Assembly: GCA_026195275.1 (NCBI GenBank)
Contig: JAPHQU010000003.1
Location: 71,852 to 135,851 of the forward strand
Length of the DNA: 64,000 nt
Source: Minisyncoccota bacterium
Lineage (GTDB): Bacteria > Patescibacteriota > Minisyncoccia > Phycocordibacterales > JABMNX01
Reading direction: 5' to 3'
Position numbers and translations under genes: made by a program
Shown: piece after piece, positions 37,915-47,890 of the stretch
How the letters are laid out: the number at the start of each line of letters is the position of its first letter
How positions within the stretch are numbered: position 1 is the first letter of the stretch
The notes under the pieces: generated by a model
Told to the model about the DNA's origin: nothing
Database searches by the model: none
What the model saw: the letters and a program-made list of their open reading frames with translations, nothing else

Positions 37915-39243
37915 ATGGTCACGCGCATCGCACCAAGTCCGACTGGGCTTTTCCATGTGGGAACGGCACGCTCAGCACTCTTTAATTATCTTGTTGCTAA
38001 AAAATATGGAGGTGAGTTTATCGTGCGCATTGAAGACACTGACCGAGAACGCAGTAAGCCCGAATACGAGAAAGATATCCTTGATGGCATGGAATGGCTC
38101 GGACTTTCATGGGACGCGCTCTATCGCCAGTCTGAACGGACCGATATTTACACGAAATATCTTAAAAAACTCATCAGGAGTGGTCATGCGTATATCTCTA
38201 AAGAAGAAAGTAAAACAAAGCCGGGGGAGACAGTCGAAGTGGTGCGGCTCAAGAACCCCGGTGAAGACGTTACTTTTACCGACCAGATCCGCGGGGAGAT
38301 AACGTTCAATACTGCCGAGCTAGGGGATTTTGTCATTGCGAAGTCACTCACCGAGCCGCTCTATCATCTTGCGGTTGTTGTTGACGACTTTGAAATGGGA
38401 GTGACCGACGTGATCCGCGGAGAAGACCATGTCTCAAACACCCCACGACAGATCCTTATCCAGCGCGCTCTGGGCATCAAGCAACCAAAATATGCCCATA
38501 TTCCACTCATTTTGGCCTCAGATCGCTCAAAACTCTCTAAACGGAAGGGAGCAACCTCTATCACCGAATACCGCAAATTAGGCTACCTCCCCGAAGCGCT
38601 TGTGAACTACCTTGCGCTCCTTGGCTGGAATCCGGGAACCGAGAAAGAGGTCTACACGCTCGACGAGCTTGTGTGTGACTTCTCACTTGAACAGGTGCAG
38701 AAAGGTGGTGCTATATTTGATACCCAAAAACTTAACTGGTTCAACAAAGAACACGTCAGGGGGTTGCCGCACGAAAAACTTCTCTCGCTAATCGAGAGCG
38801 CTCTCCCGAAGCGTGTGAAGGAACTGCCACAATACTCAAAAGAACGCTTAGATAAAGCGAGCAAGGTGTTCATTGAACGTGTTGAGTCTCTCAGTGAACT
38901 CACCGAGCTCGCTGAAGCAGGGGAGTTTGATTACTTTTTTGACACCCCCAAGATGGAAGCAAAACTCTCTTGGAAAGATGACCCAATAGAGAAGAGTACT
39001 GGGAACCTCAGCGGTGTGCTTGAGCGTATTGATGTGGTTCCAGAAAACACATTCACCGCTAGCTCAGTAAAGGAAGCTGTTTGGGATTTTGCGGGAGAGC
39101 AGGGGAGGGGGTCAGTGCTCTGGCCGATGCGTGTCGCGCTCTCAGGAAAAGATAAATCTCCCGACCCATTTGAGCTCTCTGAGATACTCGGGAAGGATGA
39201 GACAAGTAAGCGCTTGCGAGACGCGTATGAAAATAGACTTTAA
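37915..39243 (+). CDS. gltX: Glutamyl-tRNA synthetase
   Basis: TRIAPSPTGLFHVGTARSA (HIGH-type) and KLSKRKG (KMSKS). An alternative ATG at 37879 would add 12 aa. Confidence 0.92.
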   Translation: MVTRIAPSPTGLFHVGTARSALFNYLVAKKYGGEFIVRIEDTDRERSKPEYEKDILDGMEWLGLSWDALYRQSERTDIYTKYLKKLIRSGHAYISKEESKTKPGETVEVVRLKNPGEDVTFTDQIRGEITFNTAELGDFVIAKSLTEPLYHLAVVVDDFEMGVTDVIRGEDHVSNTPRQILIQRALGIKQPKYAHIPLILASDRSKLSKRKGATSITEYRKLGYLPEALVNYLALLGWNPGTEKEVYTLDELVCDFSLEQVQKGGAIFDTQKLNWFNKEHVRGLPHEKLLSLIESALPKRVKELPQYSKERLDKASKVFIERVESLSELTELAEAGEFDYFFDTPKMEAKLSWKDDPIEKSTGNLSGVLERIDVVPENTFTASSVKEAVWDFAGEQGRGSVLWPMRVALSGKDKSPDPFELSEILGKDETSKRLRDAYENRL

Positions 39244-40570
39244 TATTACACAAACCCTGCTTGCGATACTCATGCTGGCATCCTTTGGTGTTGGTGCTTC
39301 GTTCGTGTCCGCACAAAGTGTGGATGAGCTTAAGGGGCAAATCACTGATTACAACACGAAGATCGCTGAGCTTGAAGCCGAGATCGCCAAGTATGAAGCA
39401 CAGCTTTCCGAGATTGGCGGAGAGAAACAAACACTTCAAAAAGCTGTTGATGAACTCCGCGTGTCCCGCAAGAAGCTTCTCACCAATATACAGATCACGC
39501 AGAACCGCATCTACTCAACCACACTCCAGATCGAGGAGTTGGGAGGCGAGATTGTCGACAAACACAGCAGAATCGAGAACGGGGCAGAGGCGGTCGCGCG
39601 TTCTCTTCGTCACATCAATGAACTTGAGTCACAGTCGATGATTGAAGCGGTACTCGGACACGATACTCTTAACGAATTCTGGGATGATCTTGAGACCATC
39701 CAACAGTTCCAAACCAGGATCGCTGCCGAGGTGCGGGAACTCATTAGGCTTAAGACGGAGCTTGAGACAACGAAGAAAGCGTCTGAGCGAAAAAAGGCTG
39801 AGCTGACGAATTACAATACCGAACTCTCAGGACAAAGAGTGGTACTCGAAGGCACGCTCTCTGAGACAAGCGTAAAGTTTAAGAGAACCGCACAAAAAGA
39901 GTCCGAGTACCAAGCGCTTCTCAATGAGAAAATAGAAGCTCGCGAGAAATTTGAGAGCGAACTCCGCGATATCGAGTCACAGCTGCGCGTCATTATCGAC
40001 CCGAGTAGCATCCCACCAATCGGCGCTGGGGTGCTTCGCTGGCCGTTTAGTGAATCATATATGTCAAAGTGTCCTTCGTATGAAGGTTACCTTGGCAATA
40101 TCTATTGTATTACCCAGTACTTTGGCAACACGCCATTTGCATCAAAGAACCCACAAGTCTACAACGGAGGAGGACACAGCGGTGTCGACTTCCGCGCCTC
40201 AACCGGAACCAAGGTACAAGCAGCACTCGCCGGTACTGTCGTTGAAACCGGAGACACCGACCTACAACGCGGTTGTTATTCATATGGAAAATGGGTCCTT
40301 ATTAAACACAACAACGGACTCTCGACACTCTACGCACACCTCTCACACATCTCCGTGCGTGCGGGAAAAGGAGTCGGAACTGGAGAAGTGATTGGCTTTA
40401 GCGGAAACACCGGTTACTCAACCGGCCCACACCTCCACTTTAGTGTCTTTGCGAGTCAGGGTGTCCAAGTAGTACGCCTCGGAGACGTGAAGAAAATCAC
40501 CAACTGTAGTGATGCACGCATACCAGTTGCGCCACATGACGCGTATCTTAATCCGCTTTCATATCTCTAG
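39227..40570 (+). CDS. M23 family peptidoglycan metalloendopeptidase with N-terminal coiled-coil (EnvC-like)
   Basis: Signal peptide and a long coiled-coil, then HSGVDF...YAHLSHISV...GNTGYSTGPHLHF, the LytM/M23 HxxxD...HxH motifs. It overlaps the gltX end by 17 nt. Confidence 0.85.
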   Translation: MKIDFNITQTLLAILMLASFGVGASFVSAQSVDELKGQITDYNTKIAELEAEIAKYEAQLSEIGGEKQTLQKAVDELRVSRKKLLTNIQITQNRIYSTTLQIEELGGEIVDKHSRIENGAEAVARSLRHINELESQSMIEAVLGHDTLNEFWDDLETIQQFQTRIAAEVRELIRLKTELETTKKASERKKAELTNYNTELSGQRVVLEGTLSETSVKFKRTAQKESEYQALLNEKIEAREKFESELRDIESQLRVIIDPSSIPPIGAGVLRWPFSESYMSKCPSYEGYLGNIYCITQYFGNTPFASKNPQVYNGGGHSGVDFRASTGTKVQAALAGTVVETGDTDLQRGCYSYGKWVLIKHNNGLSTLYAHLSHISVRAGKGVGTGEVIGFSGNTGYSTGPHLHFSVFASQGVQVVRLGDVKKITNCSDARIPVAPHDAYLNPLSYL

Positions 40571-40668
40571 GGTTTGACCTGTGGAATACTTTGTTGTGCT
40601 TCAACACCCTGGATGGGAGAATTAGTATAGGTCGTATTTATACGTTTCTACAAAGTACATATAGCTAT

Positions 40669-40893
40669 ATGGATATGCTCAATAAAGCTGCGTGGCTTCT
40701 CGTCGTCATTGGCGCACTCAACTGGCTCCTCTTCGCTCTTACCGGAGCTGATGTTGGATCATGGGTTGGTGGCATGGACGGAACCATTGCAAAAGTCATC
40801 TACATCCTCGTAGGACTCTCAGGAGTATGGATGATCGTCTCAAAATTCATGGGAGGCGGATCAGACATGAATACGGGTGGTCAGCAGATGTAA
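40669..40893 (+). CDS. DUF378-like small membrane protein
   Basis: ...AAWLLVVIGALNWLLFALTG...VIYILVGLSGVWMIV pattern. The start is ambiguous between 40669 and 40675. Confidence 0.5.
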   Translation: MDMLNKAAWLLVVIGALNWLLFALTGADVGSWVGGMDGTIAKVIYILVGLSGVWMIVSKFMGGGSDMNTGGQQM

Positions 40894-40912
40894 TCTCCAC
40901 TACCATTCACTC

Positions 40913-40944
40913 AAAACACCCCGCATCAGCGGGGTGTTTTGTTT
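40913..40944 (+). terminator. Rho-independent terminator
   Basis: Stem aacaccccgc/gcggggtgtt with loop atca, followed by ttttgttt. Confidence 0.8.
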
Positions 40945-41006
40945 GTAAAAAGAAAACCCACCCACAGAATTACTGGGGTGGGGTAGAGAGAGGTCATCTC
41001 TTTTGT

Positions 41007-41309
41007 TTAGTTACCATCCATGAACACAGGACTGGGGAAGTGAAAAGTCCGCGGCTCAGTCTTCTCTTCTTCTGAGAGCGGAGTCACCGTAAAGCTGGTC
41101 AACACTCTTACATCAGGGAGCTTTACGGACGCATCAGAGTCTGTCAGATCCGCATAGAATTGCGAGGCGGGAATGAATTTATAGTGCCGCTCCACCAGAG
41201 CCTCTTCCTTCATATCGCCCTCCAAGGCAGCAAGCATCTGGAGAAGAAGCCACGTTGGGTCTATGGGTTGTTCTTCCGTGACACTCGATATTTTCTCTTT
41301 TTCAGCCAT
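41007..41309 (-). CDS. Hypothetical small acidic protein
   Basis: About 100 aa from MAEKEK. A hairpin (cccaccc/gggtggg) and a T-run lie downstream on the minus strand. No homology was recognised. Confidence 0.35.
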   Translation of the reverse strand: MAEKEKISSVTEEQPIDPTWLLLQMLAALEGDMKEEALVERHYKFIPASQFYADLTDSDASVKLPDVRVLTSFTVTPLSEEEKTEPRTFHFPSPVFMDGN

Positions 41310-41692
41310 AACACCGGCCTCCTCTAGGTCAAAAGCACTTCTAGAACAACTAAACACTAATGGGACAGGGGAGTCAACAGGTAGAAAGAAAAATCCCACA
41401 ACAGGTGTGAATCGAGAATGCAATCTTCAGGAAGCAAATCGCGGATGTAAGGAAAGTCAATAAAAAGAAAAATCCTATATAAACCTATATAAAGCTGTAA
41501 GGACTCTGTTGATGCGGAGTTTTTTCTTATTCCTTATCAGATGTACTTTTATAGTAGTTTATTAGAGCGCAAAAGATATATTGTGCGACACTTAGGTAAT
41601 TTAAATATATCCACAGATAAAGGATCTCTGCTCTTCTCCCCTTGTAATAAATTGCCTACACTAAAGATATTACCCCCCTATTAATAAATGGC

Positions 41693-42082
41693 ATGAAAGT
41701 ATTAACTACACTAGTCCCTTGGGCACCACTTGTTGCACGTGTACTCGTCGGCGGTATGTTTGTTATGTCTGGAATGGACAAAGTTACGAACTTTACTGCA
41801 GTAGTCGCCTTTGCCGGTTCAGCCGGTCTCCCCTCACCCGGCGTGGCTGTTGCCATTGCAATTGCGGTTGAGGTCCTCGCCGGACTCTCGGTGCTCCTCG
41901 GGTATCGGATTTTCTGGGGCGCAGTGGCGCTTGCCGTGTTTACCGTAATTGTCTCATTCGTCTTTCATGGAGACTTCACCGACCAGATGCAGCAGATCAT
42001 CTTCACCAAGAATATGGGTATTGTCGCGACGCTCCTTTATATGATGCGCTTTGGCTCCGGCAAACTCTCAATTGAGAAGTAA
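41693..42082 (+). CDS. DoxX family membrane protein
   Basis: The 129-aa ...LVARVLVGGMFVMSGMDKV... 3-4 TM pattern is DoxX-like. Confidence 0.65.
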   Translation: MKVLTTLVPWAPLVARVLVGGMFVMSGMDKVTNFTAVVAFAGSAGLPSPGVAVAIAIAVEVLAGLSVLLGYRIFWGAVALAVFTVIVSFVFHGDFTDQMQQIIFTKNMGIVATLLYMMRFGSGKLSIEK

Positions 42083-42105
42083 TCCCCTTTCCACAAGACA
42101 AATAC

Positions 42106-42140
42106 AAAACCGCCCCTCTCGGGGCGGTTTTGTATTTCTT
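42106..42140 (+). terminator. Bidirectional rho-independent terminator
   Basis: Stem aaaaccgcccc/ggggcggtttt with loop tctc. A flanking T-run is present, and the A-tract and T-tract fall within the stem arms (aaaa-ccgcccc / ggggcgg-tttt). Confidence 0.8.
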
Positions 42141-42141
42141 T

Positions 42142-42561
42142 TTATCGGGCGAGTGCGAGCGTCTGAGTGCCCCAACATTTCTTTGAGTACTTCCAAGGCT
42201 TAAGCCCCATGGTCTCATAAAGGTGTCGTGCATATTCAAGATTACCCTCCAGTGTGTAGAGGTCAATGCCCATCTCGAGCGCATCATGTAGATGGTACTG
42301 CTCGTTGATTTGCATCACCCCGACATCGCGCCGGTTTTCCTCACCGCGGAGAGTGTTCCCGTCTTCGTCATACTGACGAAAACGAGACTCACATTGCGCA
42401 ACTTCCGCCATCTCCGGAATATCTGAGAAGTATACGCGAACGTACTGCTCAACATATGCTGAAGACTTCTTAAGTGACGCTATCTCCCCTGCCTGAACCG
42501 CTTCCGCAGAGGAAGGGCTTGTGACTGCGGTGATCATAATTGCCAAAAGTGTAATAATCAT
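42142..42561 (-). CDS. Secreted lytic-transglycosylase-like (SLT domain) protein
   Basis: Signal peptide, then AQCESRF...GVMQINEQYH, which resemble the catalytic Glu (ES) and GxMQI motifs of SLT-type transglycosylases. Confidence 0.65.
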   Translation of the reverse strand: MIITLLAIMITAVTSPSSAEAVQAGEIASLKKSSAYVEQYVRVYFSDIPEMAEVAQCESRFRQYDEDGNTLRGEENRRDVGVMQINEQYHLHDALEMGIDLYTLEGNLEYARHLYETMGLKPWKYSKKCWGTQTLALAR

Positions 42562-42643
42562 AGATTTTTTTGGTCTGGTAACTTGTCTTACACGACAAAG
42601 GCGTCATATAAAACAAAAAACTCGGCGGTGCCGAATTTCTTAA

Positions 42644-42671
42644 ATTCTAACATATTTATACCTTTTGTCAA
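42644..42671 (-). promoter_or_regulatory. Putative promoter TTGACA-N16-TAGAAT (minus strand) driving the SLT-domain gene
   Basis: Reverse complement of tgtcaa (42666-42671) and attcta (42644-42649). The hexamers lie about 95 nt upstream of the 42561 start. Confidence 0.4.
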
Positions 42672-42877
42672 TACTCCACAATAGATCGGGGTTCGCGTCA
42701 ACCACTGACCACCGCGTGGCTTATATAAGCCCTCTTATGAAGTTCATGAGCGTTATCGCCGTACTGGCGACACCAGAAATTAGTGCCAACGATTGTTTAT
42801 CTTGATACCACTTTTTTGCTCGAGAAGACATGTTGTATGCTCAATTATATCTACGACCCTATAAGGTGTCTCTTCTG

Positions 42878-43588
42878 TTATACACACACCTTGTCCATGA
42901 TAGCCTCATACGCCTCATCCACCGAATCAACAATGGTAAAGAGGTTCATGTCACCCGGAGATATGGTCTGGTGTTTCTCCAAGAGCTCTTCCTTAAGCAA
43001 AGTCACTAATGGCGTCCAATACTCTTTACCAAAGAGAATAATCGGGATCGGCTCGATCTTTCGTGTCTGCACCAATGTGACGATCTCAAAGAATTCATCA
43101 AGTGTACCAAAACCACCGGGAAAATAGATGTATATTTCTGACGCAAATGTAAGCATTACTTTTCGTGAAAAGAAATAATGGAAATCCTTTGCTTCAGTGG
43201 TGTAGTGGTTTGCTGACTGTTCCTGCGGGAGAGAGATATTCATACCAACCGAGTGCCCGCCTGCGTCATAAGCCCCTTTGTTGGCAGCTTCCATGATGCC
43301 GGCTGCGCCACCGGTGATGATTGCGAACCCCGAACGTGAAAGCCGACCGGAAAGTTCTGTCGCTAACTGGTACTCTTCACTGTCTGGTAGGCTACGAGAA
43401 GACCCGAAGAAAGTTGCTGCTAGGTCATACTTTTCAAGTATCTTTAGTCCTTCAGTGAATTCGATAGCGATCCTTCCGACTCGCTCAGCGATAGACTCTT
43501 CTTCTCCGTTGCGCGGGTATTTCAGTCGATTGATTGCGCAGATCTTTAGCTCCTCTTCCCCTTCTCGTTTTATCTTTTTTCCATCCAT
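42878..43588 (-). CDS. LOG family protein (cytokinin riboside 5'-monophosphate phosphoribohydrolase-like, TIGR00730)
   Basis: GGAAGIMEAANKGA and FPGGFGTLDEFFE (PGGxGTxxE) motifs. Confidence 0.85.
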   Translation of the reverse strand: MDGKKIKREGEEELKICAINRLKYPRNGEEESIAERVGRIAIEFTEGLKILEKYDLAATFFGSSRSLPDSEEYQLATELSGRLSRSGFAIITGGAAGIMEAANKGAYDAGGHSVGMNISLPQEQSANHYTTEAKDFHYFFSRKVMLTFASEIYIYFPGGFGTLDEFFEIVTLVQTRKIEPIPIILFGKEYWTPLVTLLKEELLEKHQTISPGDMNLFTIVDSVDEAYEAIMDKVCV

Positions 43589-43636
43589 AGTTCTTATGCT
43601 AATTTCATCCTATTGTACCTCATATTCTACTGTGTA

Positions 43637-44230
43637 TCACCCGTTGAGCCACGGAATATCGAAACTCTCAAACTGTGGGAGGAGCTTCTTGTCGTAAAGC
43701 AGACGTGAGGCGACCTCCGCATGCAAAAGTGCATCCTCGAGGGCGTTATGTGCCCCAGCCCGCCCAGGGACCCCGACATACTGTGCAATCGTATCAAGAT
43801 CGAGTGCCGAGCGATGCTTCTCCGTTGGCGGGGTAAGCCCGCGGCGCACCATGTGCATATAACAGAGTGTGTGCGTGTCGAGTGTACGGTACGCGAGCGG
43901 CCAATCGAGCTTCGCGCGCTCAGCTCCCGCCTTAATGAAGTCGCGGTCAAATGACGGGTTCTGCCCCGCGAGTGTCCGATCGTCAGTGTCCCCCACCCAC
44001 GCGAGGAACGCTCGTACAATCTCAGCTTCGGTCTTCTTGCTCGAATCGGTGACTTCCGCTTCACTGAAACCACTAACCTCAAGGGCTCCATCCATGATGT
44101 GCGCACCATCCCAGATACGACACTCGTCATAGAACTGGTTGGTGGGATTATTGAAATCGAGTGCTCCGATTGAGATAATCGAATGTTTGTGATACTCAGT
44201 TCCTGACGCTTCAATATCGAGAATGATCAT
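43637..44230 (-). CDS. 3'-5' exonuclease, DnaQ-like (DEDDh)
   Basis: MIILDIEASG (Exo I), ...GQNPSFDRDF (Exo II) and HNALEDA (Exo III) motifs. Confidence 0.8.
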   Translation of the reverse strand: MIILDIEASGTEYHKHSIISIGALDFNNPTNQFYDECRIWDGAHIMDGALEVSGFSEAEVTDSSKKTEAEIVRAFLAWVGDTDDRTLAGQNPSFDRDFIKAGAERAKLDWPLAYRTLDTHTLCYMHMVRRGLTPPTEKHRSALDLDTIAQYVGVPGRAGAHNALEDALLHAEVASRLLYDKKLLPQFESFDIPWLNG

Positions 44231-44246
44231 AGAGATAGTTTATCAT

Positions 44247-44657
44247 CTATTCCAACCCTTCACAGTTAGACGCGGGAATATACCCTGCGGCCCGAGCAGC
44301 AGCGGCCGAGGGAAAAGTGACCTTATTCACCTCAGCAATGCGCTGCGCACCGGAACACCACGGAAAGTGGTACTTATCGCTGTTTTTTGACCCAACCACC
44401 GCCTCAGACCCGGTGATTAGGACACTTTTCGCCTCCCCCACCCCATCAGTAACTGAAGCACTCTGTATTTCAGGATCCACTATAAAAACCGGGACTTTCT
44501 CGACCTCAAGTGCTGAGAGTCGCCCAAGTCCAAAGCCGGCTGAGCCTACAAGGATCACAATAGCCACGATTACCAGATCTGCCGGTGGAAACATGAAGAA
44601 ACCCTTGATTTTTACGAGCATTTCTCGTATACTCTCCATACTAAATAAGTATAGCAA
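44247..44657 (-). CDS. Hypothetical membrane-anchored protein with degenerate Ada-Zn-like C-terminal motif
   Basis: One TM helix. The C-terminal KYHFPWC...VNKVTF...[10 protein letters not shown] resembles the YHxPxC...AGYRPCxxC pattern but keeps only 2 Cys. The start is ambiguous (44657, 44639 or 44621). Confidence 0.45.
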   Translation of the reverse strand: MLYLFSMESIREMLVKIKGFFMFPPADLVIVAIVILVGSAGFGLGRLSALEVEKVPVFIVDPEIQSASVTDGVGEAKSVLITGSEAVVGSKNSDKYHFPWCSGAQRIAEVNKVTFPSAAAARAAGYIPASNCEGLE

Positions 44658-44667
44658 GCAAAGAAGT

Positions 44668-44940
44668 ATGGCACATAGAAAAGCGGGTGGTACAGCAAAA
44701 AACCTGCGCGACTCAAATCCAAAATATCTTGGAACAAAACTCTACGATGGCGCGATGGCAAAGATCGGCTCTGTTATCGTGCGCCAGCGCGGCACCAAGA
44801 TCCTTCCCGGCAAGAATGTCGGACTCGGCAAGGATCACACTCTCTTTGCACTCAAAGAGGGTGTGGTGAAGTTCCGCAATCAACGCAAAATCCGCTTCGA
44901 CGGAAAGAAGCTTGTGAAAAAGGCAGTTGATGTCGTGTAA
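44668..44940 (+). CDS. rpmA: 50S ribosomal protein L27
   Basis: [61 protein letters not shown]... Confidence 0.93.
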   Translation: MAHRKAGGTAKNLRDSNPKYLGTKLYDGAMAKIGSVIVRQRGTKILPGKNVGLGKDHTLFALKEGVVKFRNQRKIRFDGKKLVKKAVDVV

Positions 44941-44960
44941 ATAAATCTCATCTCAAAATA

Positions 44961-44996
44961 AAACCACCCGATACATATCGGGTGGTTTTTGTTTTT
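44961..44996 (+). terminator. Bidirectional rho-independent terminator (serves rpmA and the convergent rplI)
   Basis: Stem ccacccgat/atcgggtgg with loop acat, between an A-run and tttttgttttt. Confidence 0.8.
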
Positions 44997-45008
44997 CTTC
45001 CAGAAGAT

Positions 45009-45455
45009 CTATTCTACTGCAGTGACGACAAGTTTGAATTTTGCTGATTGGTTGCCGATAGATACGCTGATGACATGCTTCCCCGCTTCCTTGATTGGTC
45101 GATTAAGGTCGATTGACCCCTCTGGCAGCGTAATGTTTGTCTGCTTCTCTAGTTCTTTAAGTATGTCTTTCTCGGTTAAGCCTTTGAAAAGATATCCCTT
45201 TTCATTTGCCTTAACAGGAATCTCAAGCTCAAGCGACTTGAGTTCCTTAAGCTCCTTCTCAAGGAGGTCCGCCTGAATCTGCTCTTCTGCAGACTCATCT
45301 TTCTTCTGTTGCTCAATCTCCTTTATACGTTGTGGTGTTGCACGCTCTGCAAGTTGATTAGGAATTAAGAAGTTCATTGCATACCCGTCAGAAGCCTCTT
45401 TCACCTCATACTTCTTTCCGGTCCCTTTCACATCTCTGAGTAAGATAATTTTCAT
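45009..45455 (-). CDS. rplI: 50S ribosomal protein L9
   Basis: MKIILLRDVKGTGKKYEVKEASDGYAMNFLIPNQLA... (149 aa). The start is placed at the MKIILL Met within a longer ORF. Confidence 0.9.
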   Translation of the reverse strand: MKIILLRDVKGTGKKYEVKEASDGYAMNFLIPNQLAERATPQRIKEIEQQKKDESAEEQIQADLLEKELKELKSLELEIPVKANEKGYLFKGLTEKDILKELEKQTNITLPEGSIDLNRPIKEAGKHVISVSIGNQSAKFKLVVTAVE

Positions 45456-45471
45456 AATATTTGATATACGT

Positions 45472-46719
45472 TTATAGAGAGAGTAAGAATTCAGCAGCCT
45501 CTTCAGTCTGTCGGTCCACACCGGATTCAACGTCCTTTGCGGTGAGCTCAACCACAAGGTCCGGCTCAAGACCCTCATCAGAGATCGAATTGCCATTCGG
45601 TGTAAGCCAACGCGCAACCGTGACCTTAAGAGTGGTGTCGTCAGTGATACTCACCAATTCCTGAACTGAACCTTTGCCGAACGTCTGCTCGCCAATCAGT
45701 GTCGCGACACCGTGTTCCCGAAGGGCACCAGCGAGGATTTCGGACGCCGATGCTGAACCTCCGTTAACGAGGATAACCATCTTTAGGTTGTCGTTGAATA
45801 CATCGTATCCGCGCGAGCGGTAAACGGTTGGTTTCTCATTCGGTCCGAAATTCTCCTCAACCACTACTTTGCCCACCGGCAAAAACCAGCTCGCCATATC
45901 TACCGCTATTTCAAGATAACCACCCGGGTTGCCACGCAGATCAAGCACCAGCTTGTCCGAACCAGAGAGAATAAATTCCCGAAGTGCGTCACGGAAAAGA
46001 TATTGTGACACCGCCGAGAAGTTGTAAAGCTGTATCACGAAGACTCCATCGTCGCGAAGCCCCGCACCGTCTCCTGGGTCAGTGCTGATAGTGGGGATCT
46101 GTATCACATCACGGACAACCGGTATAAAGAGAGGTCCAGGCTCTCCGTCTCGCGCTATGGTGAAGACCACCTCAGTTCCGCGTTCACCACGGATAAGCTT
46201 TACTGCCTGCTCCACAGAAAGTGCGTGCGTGTCTTTGCCATCTATCTCAATGATCCGATCTTCACTTTTGATGCCTGCGCGATATGCTGGTGTATTTTTA
46301 AGTGGCGCAACAACAGTAAGCACACCATCGCGCACCGCAATCTCCATACCCACCCCCTCGAAGTTGCCACTGATGTCTGCCTCAAATATCTCCGCGTCAG
46401 CCGGTGGGAAAAAGACTGTGTGGGGATCACCGAGTGAACTTGCGAGCCCCTGAATCATACCCCATACTCGGTCTTGGTCGCTCGCCATGTCAGTGCTCGA
46501 TGCTGAAACATACTTCTCTTCAAGAACATTCCAGGCACGCCACACCGGAGTAAAATCAACATCAGCAGGCTGTTCCGCGGATCCTGGTGAGACAACAGAG
46601 GCGACACCGGATCGCCACAGATCTTCACCAACGTACACACCAAAACCAAAGGCGCCGACAACAAGGAAAAGCGTTGAGGAGATGAGGGTGGTGCGGTTGT
46701 ATCCTTGGATAGATTTCAT
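45472..46719 (-). CDS. ctpA: Carboxyl-terminal processing protease (S41 family)
   Basis: PDZ region plus GGSASASE and TFGKGSVQ S41 motifs, with an N-terminal TM anchor. Confidence 0.88.
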   Translation of the reverse strand: MKSIQGYNRTTLISSTLFLVVGAFGFGVYVGEDLWRSGVASVVSPGSAEQPADVDFTPVWRAWNVLEEKYVSASSTDMASDQDRVWGMIQGLASSLGDPHTVFFPPADAEIFEADISGNFEGVGMEIAVRDGVLTVVAPLKNTPAYRAGIKSEDRIIEIDGKDTHALSVEQAVKLIRGERGTEVVFTIARDGEPGPLFIPVVRDVIQIPTISTDPGDGAGLRDDGVFVIQLYNFSAVSQYLFRDALREFILSGSDKLVLDLRGNPGGYLEIAVDMASWFLPVGKVVVEENFGPNEKPTVYRSRGYDVFNDNLKMVILVNGGSASASEILAGALREHGVATLIGEQTFGKGSVQELVSITDDTTLKVTVARWLTPNGNSISDEGLEPDLVVELTAKDVESGVDRQTEEAAEFLLSL

Positions 46720-46757
46720 AGCAGTACAAGTTGGATTATTAGCAACGCAGAGTGAGC

Positions 46758-46786
46758 GAAATGAGAAAGCTTTGCTTTCTCATTTC
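46758..46786 (+). other. 13-bp perfect stem hairpin (gaaatgagaaagc-ttt-gctttctcatttc) in divergent ctpA/corA intergenic region
   Basis: Seen directly. No adjoining U-tract is present, so it is not a classic terminator. Confidence 0.5.
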
Positions 46787-46967
46787 CGAGCCGAGGCACT
46801 AATATAAGATGTAGTGCTCTCATTATCGCAAAATCATCCCCCAAAATCAATCACAGGGTCTCTCGCCTCCTCGTGACCTCCTCCATCACAGGAGTGTCGC
46901 GTGTCCGGTGCATTGTCTGTGTATGGTGTCGTTGTAAGAACACGCATGAGTGGTATACAATACATAC

Positions 46968-47882
46968 ATGATATCAGTCTATAAGCACAAACATCTCACC
47001 TGGGTCGACGTTGAGTCCCCTACTTCAGATGAGGTGCGCGAACTCATGGAAACCTACAAGGTAGATCCACTGATTGCCGAAGAGCTTCTCCTCCCAACAC
47101 TCAAACCGCGAGTCGAGGTATATCCCAATTTTATCTACCTCATCCTCCACTTCCCTGCCTTTCGCCATACACACACCGGCGACCCCAACCAAGAGGTCGA
47201 TTTTATCATTGGAAAAGATTTCATCATCACCACACGCTATGACAGCATTGACCCACTACACAAATTCTCAAAGGTCTTTGAGGTAAATTCAGTCCTTGAT
47301 CGAAGCGATATTGGAGAGCACGCCGGCTACCTCTTCTTTTATATGCTCCGTAAACTCTATAAGTCTATCGAGCATGAACTTGAGTACATTACGGACTCGC
47401 TTGAAATCATCGAGGAGGATATCTTTGAAGGGAAAGAAAAAGAAATGGTGGTCGCACTTTCAAACGTGAGTCGTGACCTGCTTAACCTTAAGCAAGCGCT
47501 CAATCCGCACCATGAAGTTCTCAGTTCATTCTCTGATGCGGGGAAAGTATTCTTCGGAGAATCCTTCGGCAAGCACATCAACTCAATCATGGGTGAATAT
47601 TACCGCATAAAGAATCAAGTCTCGGTAAACCTTGATACCTTACACGAGCTCCGAGAGACAAACAATTCACTTCTCTCCACGAAACAAAACGAGGTTATGA
47701 AGGTTCTCACGATTATGGCATTCGTCACCTTCCCGCTCTCGCTCATTGCATCTATTTTTGGTATGAATACTGCGTACATCCCCATAGTTGGAGGACCGCA
47801 CGACTTCTGGATAGTGCTCAGCATCATGGGCGTTGCCACTTTCTTCATGTTTGTATTCTTTAAACGAAACCGTTGGCTGTAA
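46968..47882 (+). CDS. corA: Magnesium/cobalt transporter CorA
   Basis: C-terminal 2 TM helices with the GMN motif (IFGMNTAY). An alternative GTG start lies at 46950. Confidence 0.88.
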   Translation: MISVYKHKHLTWVDVESPTSDEVRELMETYKVDPLIAEELLLPTLKPRVEVYPNFIYLILHFPAFRHTHTGDPNQEVDFIIGKDFIITTRYDSIDPLHKFSKVFEVNSVLDRSDIGEHAGYLFFYMLRKLYKSIEHELEYITDSLEIIEEDIFEGKEKEMVVALSNVSRDLLNLKQALNPHHEVLSSFSDAGKVFFGESFGKHINSIMGEYYRIKNQVSVNLDTLHELRETNNSLLSTKQNEVMKVLTIMAFVTFPLSLIASIFGMNTAYIPIVGGPHDFWIVLSIMGVATFFMFVFFKRNRWL

Positions 47883-47890
47883 ATCCCAGT

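Noticed and set aside
43627-44214. 195-aa minus-strand ORF
   Set aside because: It is an alternate frame of the DnaQ-like exonuclease gene (43637-44230), which carries the Exo I-III motifs.
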